A stretch of DNA of 64,000 nucleotides from Escherichia phage JacquesWildberger_Bas92: the sequence record PQ850610.1. One strand, 5' to 3'. The translations under genes were made by a program, and so were the position numbers. This document shows, piece after piece, positions 32,521-41,860 of this stretch. The stretch's first letter is position 1, and the number at the start of each line of letters is the position of its first letter. A model generated the notes under the pieces. It made no database searches. It was not told where the DNA came from and saw only the letters and a program-made list of their open reading frames with translations.

Positions 32521-33112
32521 ATTACTATATCTAATACTAAACAGACTGAAACAAAGATAAGAAACTTCTTATAAATACTCATTACTTATCATCTAAATAG
32601 TTAACTAATCTCTGATATAAAGAAGTTTAAATCAAGCATCCATCACAAACATAGTCTCCACTAAGAGACTCTTGTAACAAACGATTTTGTTCCTCTGAAT
32701 ATAGAGAATTTACTAATTCTTTTAACTCTGAAAGAGTGATGAAATCAATAGTATTTCCATTATCTAAAATAGAAGAGTTAAGTAAATATTCATTGTCTTT
32801 AATTTTATTAATCATTCTTCATTTCCTTTTACTTCAGCGTAGACTTTGATAATGCCCTTAAGAACTTCCTTAGAAGCAATAGCACTTTCTTCAGAGGTGT
32901 GAATAGTAGAAAACTCTTTCTTTCCAATCTTGTAAGTGTGAACCCAAATCATACTTATTCCTCGTATTCCCAATTTCTTTCATAATATCCAGAGTTATAA
33001 TTTAGAGCGCATCTCTCAGCCTCTTCTATGTCATCAGTGTTTAGGATATTTACCCACCCACCAACTTCATCAAAACCTTCTTCCTCTTCGTTAAACCATA
33101 CACTATACTTTT

Positions 33113-33505
33113 TCATCGAATCACCAAAGGCTCTTCAGAGTACACAGGAGCGGCTATTTCTACAGGAGGTGCTGCCCTAAGGTCATTAAGTCTTACTCCC
33201 TTCAGCATCCCATCTAGGTGGTCCTTTTTGGGTATTCCAACAGGGAAGTCGTCAATCCAGATATCTACAAAGAAACCTAACTGGCGACATACGTCATCTT
33301 TCTGAACACCATTGCAAAAGATGATAGGAATCTGCAAACGCTCTGCATCAATCTTAATGTCATGATTATCATACCCATTAGGCTCTGCAAAGCGATAAGT
33401 TACAAAACGTACATCATAACCTTTGGCTTGCATTAATGCCACCACAGATCGCCACAGCTCTTTATCTGAGGTGTAAGTATCATCGTAATCTAAACCAATA
33501 TTCAT
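33113..33505 (-). CDS. HAD-superfamily phosphatase-like protein (possible nucleotidase)
   Basis: N-terminal DxDxT motif (LDYDDTYT) and later DD motif (VDIWIDDFP). Confidence 0.4.
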   Translation of the reverse strand: MNIGLDYDDTYTSDKELWRSVVALMQAKGYDVRFVTYRFAEPNGYDNHDIKIDAERLQIPIIFCNGVQKDDVCRQLGFFVDIWIDDFPVGIPKKDHLDGMLKGVRLNDLRAAPPVEIAAPVYSEEPLVIR

Positions 33506-33518
33506 GTTGAATCCTTTT

Positions 33519-33546
33519 AGACAAGAAAAGCCGCCCTAAGGCAGCT
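33519..33546 (-). terminator. terminator-like hairpin
   Basis: on - strand GCTGCC-ttag-GGCGGC followed by ttttctt. Confidence 0.4.
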
Positions 33547-34105
33547 TCTTATTTAACTATTCACTTTAGCTTCAAGTGTTTCATTTTCAATACTCAAGTC
33601 AATCACTACGCCAGTAAGCTCAACGACTGCTTGGCGAAGGGCGTCTTTACCCATAGAATGTACTTGAGATAAGAAGAAAGCTTTACCTTCTTCCGTGGAT
33701 AGGGTTTCTTTTAATTCAGAAGCAGTCATTGATATTCCTTATTTTACATTGTATAAATTCGCATGATTGTACCACCATCAGCTTCAATAGCAGAAACAAC
33801 TTCATCTCGTTCTTCATCCGTGTACACTAGTACGCTTTTAAACGAGCCAGTCACATCTGTGTACAAAATGTTGTACTTGGGAGGTGGTTTACGGTAAATA
33901 CCTTCCATCATTCTTTCTCCTCTCGTTCTTTCCACAGTTCAGCAAGCTCTAGGTAGAACTCAGCTTCATCAGGACGTCCTTGTTCATTACAGATGGCGCT
34001 TTGACGATAACACCAATCTGATGGCATCTCTTCCACTTCAATCTCCTTATTATGAACTAATCAATAAGACTAGTTCATTTGTATTTCAATCTTTCAGTTC
34101 TGAAT

Positions 34106-35950
34106 TTAGTGTGTATGCATCCAGTTTAACCCAATCTGACAATCAGAAGCCAGAGGACATTCCATGTTCAAGTACTCACCAGCCTTCTTAACACAAAGCT
34201 CGGTGTACTCTTTGAGTTTCTGTACATCATTACGGTTCACTGAGAACTGGCCCTCATCGTGCATATCAATTACCTTAGCACAACGAACTCCATCTTTCTC
34301 AATCCACTTGTTAAGGAACATCATAGCATATTTCATAACAACAGCACCAGCACATTGCAGGAGTGTGTTAAGGGCTTTATGAACCATAACCTTACCAGTG
34401 GCATCCCGTCTCATTGTAATCTTACGACCATCAACGCCAATCAAATACCCTTGAGCAGCTTTCTCTGTCATACGATCAATGAGGATTGCAATACATGGGT
34501 TCTCTGCCAAGAAGCGTGCTCGCATCACTGAACCTTCGTCAGCTCCACCACCTACGATTGAACCAAGCTTAGCATCACCAGCACCATAGTTAAACGCGTA
34601 GATAAACGTTTTAGCGTTGTCACGAGTAGGAAGACCAGCAAGTTTCTGGTTGTGGGAGTGGATATCACCTTCAAGAAGGATATCACGATACATAATAGCA
34701 GAAGCTAAACCACGTTCTGCCAGAGCTTTCTTAGCTGGATTATTCTCTTCGATTGCTTCAGCAAGCATATCCCTACACTCTTTAATGAGGTAGTGAGCGA
34801 GCATACGAAGTTCAAGTCCAGAACCATCATACCCTAAGAATACTTCTTTACCAGCGGGTATGTAATATTTGTAAGCACCTACAGGCTTATCTTTCTTCCC
34901 CGGCTTACCTTTCTCGTAAATTACGTTAGTACCTTTTCGTATATAACAACCATCAGGAACAACGTTAGTAATAACGAAAGGACGAGAGTGATCACTGTCT
35001 GAATTATAGTCAGACTCAAACAAACTGCGACACTCATGACCAAACAAACCACGGGAGGGAATATTAACCACGATACGATGTTTGAATCGAAAAGTTGGCG
35101 TAGCGCAGCTGTTAGCTTCTGCCGAAAGTTTACCATCTTCGCGTTCCTTTGCTATGAGTCCACTGATAAGACCTAGCCTGTGAGCCGCTACAACGCGCCT
35201 CTTAAGCAAACTTCCAACACTCCCTAGCTCGCCCCCTAACCCTTCTTCAAGAGTCTCCTCGAGGTTTGTAGGAGCTGTAGGCCACTTGTTTGAGGTAGCT
35301 AGTGCTATCTTAATCTCATCAAACGTGATAGGTCTACTTCGGTTAGGGTTTAAACCTAAACCAAACACATAAGCCTTCATATAGTTCTTAGTCTTAAACC
35401 TAAAATGCTTCTCTAAGAACCTCCTAATATCTGCGTCAACCATCTCGGCTGTCTGCTTCTGTTTAGCATTACCTCGCATCCAAGCTGAATACCATGCTTG
35501 GTATGTCCCATACTTTCGAATATCTTTCTTGATTTCAAAAGTATTCCAAGGTTTCTTTGATACGTTAAACTCTGGAGGAAGAAAACCCTCATCCATAAGG
35601 GCTTCTTTAACTCGTGCATCTTTCGATGGGTCAAAGTCTACATACTCAACACAGGTGAATGCTCCACCAATGTCTTCTCTCTTAAGGCCAACTCTATCAC
35701 AGTAGGCTTGAGGCCACTTCTGTAAAGCTCCAGACTTCTTAAATGGCTTCATATAAGTAGAGCCATCTAATCTCATCTTAGGTAAGAGAGGGATCAGTTC
35801 TTTGTCGATATTAACAATAATCTCTTTAAGGAGGTGAACATACCACCGAGCATTTCTTCGGTTGAAACTCACTCCGTGCTTCGCTTGCTTAGAGATTATA
35901 TCAGCGACAGTCATCTCTGTCAAAAATGGGAGAGCGTCCGGGTTGCTCAC
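34106..35950 (-). CDS. DNA polymerase, family A polymerase domain (no exonuclease domain)
   Basis: motif A DGSGLELR, motif B RDNAKTFIYAFNYGAG, motif C HDEGQF. Confidence 0.85.
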   Translation of the reverse strand: MSNPDALPFLTEMTVADIISKQAKHGVSFNRRNARWYVHLLKEIIVNIDKELIPLLPKMRLDGSTYMKPFKKSGALQKWPQAYCDRVGLKREDIGGAFTCVEYVDFDPSKDARVKEALMDEGFLPPEFNVSKKPWNTFEIKKDIRKYGTYQAWYSAWMRGNAKQKQTAEMVDADIRRFLEKHFRFKTKNYMKAYVFGLGLNPNRSRPITFDEIKIALATSNKWPTAPTNLEETLEEGLGGELGSVGSLLKRRVVAAHRLGLISGLIAKEREDGKLSAEANSCATPTFRFKHRIVVNIPSRGLFGHECRSLFESDYNSDSDHSRPFVITNVVPDGCYIRKGTNVIYEKGKPGKKDKPVGAYKYYIPAGKEVFLGYDGSGLELRMLAHYLIKECRDMLAEAIEENNPAKKALAERGLASAIMYRDILLEGDIHSHNQKLAGLPTRDNAKTFIYAFNYGAGDAKLGSIVGGGADEGSVMRARFLAENPCIAILIDRMTEKAAQGYLIGVDGRKITMRRDATGKVMVHKALNTLLQCAGAVVMKYAMMFLNKWIEKDGVRCAKVIDMHDEGQFSVNRNDVQKLKEYTELCVKKAGEYLNMECPLASDCQIGLNWMHTH

Positions 35951-35966
35951 TTTATACTCCTTTAAA

Positions 35967-36389
35967 TTATTGGTAAAGTAAATCTGTAAATGCTTGGTTG
36001 TCTTCTACTACATCTAGCAAGGTTGCTTCGTTACTATAAGACCTAACCGTCCCGTTGACAACTGTCCGAGTAGGAGAGGGAGGTGGTGTATGGTTAGCTC
36101 TAGCTTCGCGAGGTTGCTCTCGTACTAAATGAGCCATAGCCATTTGGTTAGCGACTTCTTCTCTTTCTCGAATAGCTCTCTGAATATAAGCTAGCTTCAT
36201 GCCCCAAGCTTCTTCAAATTCTTGAGGATGTTTGTCACTGATAACCACATATTGACGTTCAGGGATACCAGAGCGAATCTCTGATAAGAGTTCACAGAAC
36301 AAATCCAGTTCGTGTTCAGTGAGATTCATTTCGATATCATCCCACTTGAGAACTAGGAAACGGTTTTGATATCTAGTCGGTAATGGCAT
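35967..36389 (-). CDS. hypothetical protein
   Basis: 140-aa ORF. Confidence 0.35.
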   Translation of the reverse strand: MPLPTRYQNRFLVLKWDDIEMNLTEHELDLFCELLSEIRSGIPERQYVVISDKHPQEFEEAWGMKLAYIQRAIREREEVANQMAMAHLVREQPREARANHTPPPSPTRTVVNGTVRSYSNEATLLDVVEDNQAFTDLLYQ

Positions 36390-36392
36390 AGC

Positions 36393-36647
36393 TTAACCTT
36401 TAGGGAATGGGATGAGGTTTTCTACTGCAACACGGAATTCTTTCTCTACATCTTTATTCTTATAAGAAATAAATTTCCCATCAGCACCACGGAGGATTAC
36501 GTTAGTACGAGCTGTTTTTGGGTTATGACTGATTTGGTTTGCAATGAGACTAATGTTGAGTTTAGTGTTGTGGTTATTGGTGAATTTCCACTTAGCCAGA
36601 CGATTAGTCATTACATCAATGATAGTTACAGTTTTTACAATAGACAT
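36393..36647 (-). CDS. hypothetical protein
   Basis: 84-aa ORF. Confidence 0.35.
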   Translation of the reverse strand: MSIVKTVTIIDVMTNRLAKWKFTNNHNTKLNISLIANQISHNPKTARTNVILRGADGKFISYKNKDVEKEFRVAVENLIPFPKG

Positions 36648-36681
36648 AGTTATTACCTAAGAAGTTTAGTTTGGTTTATAT

Positions 36682-36709
36682 AAAAGAAAAGGCCACCCAT
36701 TTGGGTAGC
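36682..36709 (-). terminator. rho-independent terminator
   Basis: on - strand GGCTACCC-aaat-GGGTGGCC followed by ttttctttta. Confidence 0.45.
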
Positions 36710-36715
36710 CTCATA

Positions 36716-37033
36716 TTACGATGAGCTTAAAGCTCCTTTGCGTGCTCCAGCTGCCTTCCCAGTTCGATCTCCACTTTTGCCGCCAGCTGAACGATTTCCG
36801 CTGACTGTTTCAACACGTAAGTTGCTTGACGCATTAGAGCCTCCTGACTTGATAGCTCGTTTGTGTCCAACGTCTTTACCTCTGACAGCAGCTTTTCCAT
36901 CGCGCTTTTCAACGATGCGACGTGCACGGTGGCGCTGAGCATCTCCGCTCTTGCTACCAATTCCCGTTTCACCCCTTGCGATGGCGGTACGTCTTTCTTG
37001 TGCATAATCTCTCTTTCCTACATGGTCTGCCAT
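36716..37033 (-). CDS. basic Gly/Arg/Lys-rich protein (possible nucleic-acid-binding)
   Basis: strong SD taaggag 6 nt upstream; TAATGTATA element upstream; low-complexity basic composition. Confidence 0.45.
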   Translation of the reverse strand: MADHVGKRDYAQERRTAIARGETGIGSKSGDAQRHRARRIVEKRDGKAAVRGKDVGHKRAIKSGGSNASSNLRVETVSGNRSAGGKSGDRTGKAAGARKGALSSS

Positions 37034-37069
37034 TTAGAACTCCTTAATATATCAGTGTACACTAAGGAG

Positions 37070-37078
37070 TATACATTA
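37070..37078 (-). promoter_or_regulatory. TAATGTATA promoter-like element
   Basis: exact 9-mer on - strand 37 nt upstream of ATG 37033. Confidence 0.5.
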
Positions 37079-37087
37079 TGAATGATG

Positions 37088-37333
37088 TTAAAACTCTGCT
37101 AAGTATTTAATATCAGAGGCATATACCTCATCAAAGGAAATAATTTCTCCATTGTAAAGAAGTTCTATCTTCAATATACCAGAGCATTTGGTGTCTTTAG
37201 AATCAACCCTGATAGAGAGCTTATCAACTATCTGAGCTTTAATCTCTTCTATCATTAACTCTTGAGTGTTATTCACTCCACCCTCCCGGTGGTACAAAAT
37301 CATCAGGAACGTCAATGATAGTAGGTTCTCCAT
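37088..37333 (-). CDS. hypothetical protein
   Basis: 81-aa ORF. Confidence 0.3.
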   Translation of the reverse strand: MENLLSLTFLMILYHREGGVNNTQELMIEEIKAQIVDKLSIRVDSKDTKCSGILKIELLYNGEIISFDEVYASDIKYLAEF

Positions 37334-37454
37334 TATTCATGCAGGTGTCTTCATTGAACTCTTCACACTCAAAGCATGCTCGTTCGATATTTTTGTAGAA
37401 GTCGATGGTTGCTGAACCATCACCACAATCTCGGATAACTAGAGCTACTTTCAT
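37269..37454 (-). CDS. small acidic Cys-rich protein
   Basis: 61 aa, CGDG...CFECEEF...C pattern. Confidence 0.3.
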   Translation of the reverse strand: MKVALVIRDCGDGSATIDFYKNIERACFECEEFNEDTCMNNGEPTIIDVPDDFVPPGGWSE

Positions 37455-38194
37455 TTCTCTTGTCCTTTTTCCATTGCTTTAACAATAGCTTTACAGAAAC
37501 CAGAACGAACAATGTCATCTGATTCACCATCTACAATCTCAGCGAACTCATACAGATCATGTTCATCAATAAAGTTAGTAGCCCAAGTAAGACCACTCTC
37601 ACGACCACGCATGTCATGCTGGTTAGTATCACCCATGCAGAACAGTTGAGAGGTTTCTCCCAATCGAGTCATGATTGAGAAGGCTTCATCTTTAGTGGTG
37701 TTCTGGAATTCATCAACAATAACAACAGCATCATTGAAAGAACGACCACGGAGATATTCCAGAGGTACGAACTCAATATTACTGTTACCAAGCTGGCATT
37801 CATAGAACCCCTTACCATATCGCTGAGTAATAACATCGATGATAGGCATCAGGTATGGTTCAAACTTCTCACGCATCCCTCCCGGAAGTAACCCAAGAGA
37901 GTTGCCCATACCAACTGAAGGACGGCTAAGAATGATCTTCTGAATCTTACCACTCTTCAGAGCATCGATAACTGTAGAAGTGATTACATAGGTCTTACCA
38001 CAGCCCGCAGGAGCGTCTGTGAACACCACTTGTTTAGTCTTGATAGCATTGAGTAGCTCAGATTGAAACTGATTCTGAGGAACCACTGGCTTCGCTAAAA
38101 CAACCTCTTCATACTCACGCTTACCTTTCTTAGTGACCAAGGCTTCACGACGTAAATCTTTACGAGATTCTCTACGGGACTGTCTACGGCTCAT
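37451..38194 (-). CDS. phoH: PhoH-like ATPase
   Basis: Walker A TDAPAGCGKTYV and PhoH-like downstream motifs. Confidence 0.8.
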   Translation of the reverse strand: MSRRQSRRESRKDLRREALVTKKGKREYEEVVLAKPVVPQNQFQSELLNAIKTKQVVFTDAPAGCGKTYVITSTVIDALKSGKIQKIILSRPSVGMGNSLGLLPGGMREKFEPYLMPIIDVITQRYGKGFYECQLGNSNIEFVPLEYLRGRSFNDAVVIVDEFQNTTKDEAFSIMTRLGETSQLFCMGDTNQHDMRGRESGLTWATNFIDEHDLYEFAEIVDGESDDIVRSGFCKAIVKAMEKGQEK

Positions 38195-38376
38195 TTGCGC
38201 TCTCCTAGCTCTTCGTAATTAAATACAGAGGTTCGACAATCTTTACATGTTGTTGTATAGACTCGAACATTAATGTACTTCTTGTTCTTCCCTTTGGTTG
38301 GAGAGCCTTTAGCAAGCTCTCTGATAACCTTGTTACTTAAGTGAAGGTTTGTGCCTTCGCATTTAGAGCACTTCAC
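38191..38376 (-). CDS. zinc-ribbon protein
   Basis: 61 aa with CxxC ... CxxC (CSKCEG ... CKDCRT). Confidence 0.4.
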   Translation of the reverse strand: MKCSKCEGTNLHLSNKVIRELAKGSPTKGKNKKYINVRVYTTTCKDCRTSVFNYEELGERK

Positions 38377-38597
38377 TCAGGCTCACCAACAGTAACTTCC
38401 CATACAACTTGAGAGATGATATTGTTGATCTGTTTGATTTGCTCGTAAGTCAGTTGCATACCTTTCATCTTCCGAGAGGCATTGCTTCGTGCTCTTCGCT
38501 GACGGTAGAAGTTATTCTTTTTAGTAGAGTGTAATCTACTCATTTCACAAGCTCCACTTCTTCAATACTGTACCCTTCAAAATACTCACCATCTTGA

Positions 38598-38954
38598 TCA
38601 TACTGGTTGATTGCTCTTGTTAGTACCCACACTTTCATTATTCTTCTCTTTATGAAGTCTATAAACAGCTGTCGCCATGCAAGCAACAGCTTCATTGTGT
38701 GGGAGATGCATCCCTGTAGAACCATCCCAATCTTTGAACTCATTGTCAAAGACTCCGGTAGGCTCTGGATACAGAGCTTGCAGCTCAACCAAATCATTAG
38801 CAACTTGTTGCCATTTATCATCAGACCAGATAGGGTCATCCAACCAGTAATACAAATAGGAATGGATGATTAATTGCCTTCTGTGCCGATTAATTACTTC
38901 AGCGGGACTTATCTCACTTCCATTTGAAGTCCTAAATGTATTACTGTCAATCAT
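38598..38954 (-). CDS. stand-alone protein resembling NAD-dependent DNA ligase domain Ia
   Basis: HSYLYYWLDDPIWSDDKWQQVANDLVELQALYPE resembles LigA N-terminal Ia pattern; no adenylation domain adjacent. Confidence 0.4.
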   Translation of the reverse strand: MIDSNTFRTSNGSEISPAEVINRHRRQLIIHSYLYYWLDDPIWSDDKWQQVANDLVELQALYPEPTGVFDNEFKDWDGSTGMHLPHNEAVACMATAVYRLHKEKNNESVGTNKSNQPV

Positions 38955-38956
38955 GA

Positions 38957-39613
38957 TTAATTATTCCAAGTAGTTGATAAGGCTTTCCAAGAGATAGGAT
39001 AAAGTTTCTTCATTTCTTCATCAATAGTTTGTGCAAACAGTCGGACCTCATACTGAGCGTGCTCTGACAGACGTTGACGGCACACATCTGACCAGCCATA
39101 TAGAGAGCCAGTCCACACCCACTCAGTGATCATCCCCTGAGGAAGAACAAATCGAGCTTGCTCTGGTGCAACAAATTCAATCAACTTATCATATGCTGCT
39201 AGAGAGGATTCATATGCATCGTTAATCAGCATTAATGCTTCAGCTCGTTCTCCATCGATGAGTTGAATCCCTGAACCTGCATGGAGGTCCGAAGGTCTCG
39301 CAAAAATCTCTTTAGGGATGAAGACTTCAACTGCTCCATCTTTATACCGACGGGACATTTCGTTCCACGAGAATCCAACCTGATGCTTGCCCAGCTGTCT
39401 CGCAATTGCGATAGGTGCTTTGCATCGGAAACTGACTTGTGGGTGTCGGAATGGAGTAACATGCTTTTCTCTTGCGAGGAAGTTGATGAGACGTTCATCA
39501 CGTTCATTTAAATCACCTTCACGGGTTACGCCAAAGGAAACTCGAGCTGCGTTTACTACGCTACGATCGCTTCCCATAGCTTCGATTAATGTTGCTTGTA
39601 GTTGTTCATTCAT
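38957..39613 (-). CDS. thyX: flavin-dependent thymidylate synthase ThyX-like (variant RHR motif)
   Basis: AARVSF...HVTPF...KAPIAIARQ...SRRY pattern of ThyX; canonical RHR replaced by KHQ. Confidence 0.75.
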   Translation of the reverse strand: MNEQLQATLIEAMGSDRSVVNAARVSFGVTREGDLNERDERLINFLAREKHVTPFRHPQVSFRCKAPIAIARQLGKHQVGFSWNEMSRRYKDGAVEVFIPKEIFARPSDLHAGSGIQLIDGERAEALMLINDAYESSLAAYDKLIEFVAPEQARFVLPQGMITEWVWTGSLYGWSDVCRQRLSEHAQYEVRLFAQTIDEEMKKLYPISWKALSTTWNN

Positions 39614-39628
39614 CCGTGAATATCCTTA

Positions 39629-39904
39629 TTATTTATTGCTCAGTGCTGTGTCCAAAAATGCTTTCAGGTTTGCTTCAGTCTGCATACCAGAGAGGCTGTA
39701 ATGTGCGCCACTATTCCGGTCAGGCACAACGAAAGCAGGAATGCTTCGTACACCATACTTAACAGCTTGTTCACGACCGTCACCCTCAAGGATATTAATC
39801 TCTTCCACTTCTACATCGAACTCCTTAACAACCTTCTCAAAGATAGGAGCCATTGCTTTACATGGAGCACACTGATCACTATAAAACTTAATTACTTTAG
39901 ACAT
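39629..39904 (-). CDS. thioredoxin-like protein
   Basis: 91 aa with CAPC active-site motif in thioredoxin context. Confidence 0.7.
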   Translation of the reverse strand: MSKVIKFYSDQCAPCKAMAPIFEKVVKEFDVEVEEINILEGDGREQAVKYGVRSIPAFVVPDRNSGAHYSLSGMQTEANLKAFLDTALSNK

Positions 39905-39911
39905 GTAAATC

Positions 39912-40092
39912 CTTATGCAGTCAGGAGGTGAAGCAGGAATGGGATAACAACAGCTACGACAACCATGATAGTTGATGCTGTTTGAATCTCACCTTTCTTG
40001 TCAGGGGTTTCTTCGATAAGCTTACCAGAAGCCCAATAGATACCACCACCAATAAAGATAGCCCAAATACCCCATACAATAGCTGATAACAT
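39912..40092 (-). CDS. small two-TMD membrane protein (59 aa)
   Basis: MLSAIVWGIWAIFIGGGIYWA ... IMVVVAVVIPFLLHLL; below track cutoff. Confidence 0.3.
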
Positions 40093-40149
40093 ATATTCAT
40101 ATCCTTATAAATAGAAAACCCCGTCTATTCCTAGACAGGGCTTGAGTTT

Positions 40150-40761
40150 TTAGTAAGACACATCACCACTTGAGTGGGACATGTTGCTCTTGACGAAGTA
40201 GCAATACTTGCCAAGACCTTCATTGATTTCTTGAAGCATACTTTGATCGACTGGATAAGTGGCTAAATCGCCATCAAACTCATCCATCTTCTCAATAATA
40301 CACATCAAGGTCATGCACATATCAGAGAGCATACCGTCCATGTCTAGATCAGCGTTACCCTCTGAGAACCAAGCATGAGAGAGGTAGTTAGCTGCTGTAG
40401 CATCCACTTTAACACAGTGGTAACGCATACGTTCAGCAATACGATCTCCTACTTGTCGTGCGTAATCTTCCAGCTCGTCAAACATACCATGAACACCCTG
40501 AAATCCTGCACCAGAGACGTTCCAGTGGTAGTTTTTAGCTTTGATGTGCAAGAGTTCCATATTAGCTTGTAAGCAGCTCAGGATGTGTTCTAGGCTGTTT
40601 CCGCTAATCATGCCTTGCATTGTTTCAAGGCGAGAGATTGAAAGCTCAGACCGGTCTAACATGCTGTAGCTGTCACGACCAATCTCAGGTAAATCAAAGA
40701 CATTCTTATGCATTTGGGTTTTCTCCATCAAGTTCAACTGAGTTAGCAACGTTACGTGCAA
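40150..40761 (-). CDS. Dps/ferritin-like protein (true start probably internal, ~40713-40728)
   Basis: HWNVSGAGFQGVHGMFDELEDYARQVGDRIAERM matches Dps ferroxidase-site region; C-terminal FVKSNM similar to Dps. Confidence 0.6.
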   Translation of the reverse strand: MHVTLLTQLNLMEKTQMHKNVFDLPEIGRDSYSMLDRSELSISRLETMQGMISGNSLEHILSCLQANMELLHIKAKNYHWNVSGAGFQGVHGMFDELEDYARQVGDRIAERMRYHCVKVDATAANYLSHAWFSEGNADLDMDGMLSDMCMTLMCIIEKMDEFDGDLATYPVDQSMLQEINEGLGKYCYFVKSNMSHSSGDVSY

Positions 40762-41035
40762 TATTGTCCATTACCTGCTGGGTAATTACGATGCAGTTCT
40801 GTGGGTCTACTGACTTAGAACGCCCCATTTCTGGGTCATACACCTTAACACGCTTAGCAGTTGAACCTGTAACCTGAAGAACCTTCAACAGATATCCCTG
40901 ATTACCGATAGACCAAGCAACAACATCACGATTCTTGATAAAGCGACCAAGCATATCACGATGATAAAACTGTTGCATCACCTTGGATTTTGTAATCTCT
41001 TCAGTGGGCGGGGCCACTTTACTCAAATCTAACAT
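40706..41035 (-). CDS. hypothetical protein
   Basis: 109-aa ORF; near-match promoter element (aaatgtata) upstream. Confidence 0.35.
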   Translation of the reverse strand: MLDLSKVAPPTEEITKSKVMQQFYHRDMLGRFIKNRDVVAWSIGNQGYLLKVLQVTGSTAKRVKVYDPEMGRSKSVDPQNCIVITQQVMDNIARNVANSVELDGENPNA

Positions 41036-41107
41036 AACTCTCTCCTGTAAAATACAAACTCTTATTGTACTCTATATACATTTGAGAGTTACCATATCTA
41101 CTACCAA

Positions 41108-41317
41108 TCAGTAGTGAACTTTTCCGCTAATATAAACACGACCAGAGGAATACTCTTTGGCCTTATGGATACTGATACTCTTAGTTAAATCTGTATTGAA
41201 CATAGACTTTTTAAAATCTCGAGCCTGTTGACGAGTAGGAAGTGCAGTCATGGTCATACCACCTGATGCCCACTTAATCTTTGCTAACCAAAACTGTCTC
41301 ATAATGATTGGCCTCAT
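41108..41317 (-). CDS. hypothetical protein
   Basis: 69-aa ORF. Confidence 0.3.
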   Translation of the reverse strand: MRPIIMRQFWLAKIKWASGGMTMTALPTRQQARDFKKSMFNTDLTKSISIHKAKEYSSGRVYISGKVHY

Positions 41318-41851
41318 TTACACACCTTTAGATGCAACTACACCTTCAGAGTTATTATAACGACCCTTCACTGCATAGGAATGCTCCCCTGCATGAGAGT
41401 GCTCAAACATGACCATCTGACCAACACGCATACCAGCACGAACTCGTAAGCTGTGGTGCTTTGTTACGTTATGAAATTCAAATGTCAGCTTACTGCTATT
41501 AAATCCAGCGTCTGCCCACCCAGCGTGGAGGTGGTTCAAACCACAACGAGCCATAGATGAACGCAGGACAAACAGGCTTGAAATGTTATCTGGAAGGTTA
41601 AACTCCTCCATAGAGTGAGCCAAGAAGAACTGACCCGGAGTGATAACCAAACCCTCTTCAGGAATTTTTACTTCCTTCCACTGAAGATTCTCTTTCGCAT
41701 CAATATCAACGATGCCATCAGCCTGTTCTTCAACAAGGATAGTATCACCAATACGGATATCCACACTAGCAGCGTTAACATACTTATGCTCCGCATCCAG
41801 ATAGCCATTGTCAATTACATCATGCAGTTCAATACTTCCTAGTAAACTCAT
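41318..41851 (-). CDS. dcd: dCTP deaminase
   Basis: VDIRIG, RSSMARCGL, GWADAGF and C-terminal Y-N-N-S-E-G-V-V-A-S pattern align with bacterial Dcd. Confidence 0.75.
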   Translation of the reverse strand: MSLLGSIELHDVIDNGYLDAEHKYVNAASVDIRIGDTILVEEQADGIVDIDAKENLQWKEVKIPEEGLVITPGQFFLAHSMEEFNLPDNISSLFVLRSSMARCGLNHLHAGWADAGFNSSKLTFEFHNVTKHHSLRVRAGMRVGQMVMFEHSHAGEHSYAVKGRYNNSEGVVASKGV

Positions 41852-41860
41852 TCTTATTCC

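Noticed and set aside
36727-37005. 92-aa ORF in alternative frame overlapping the basic-protein gene
   Set aside because: Fully nested in 36716..37033, which has a strong SD and upstream promoter element; treated as a shadow ORF.
38540-38839. 99-aa ORF overlapping the LigA-Ia-like gene
   Set aside because: Nested in another frame of a gene with recognisable domain similarity; no SD.
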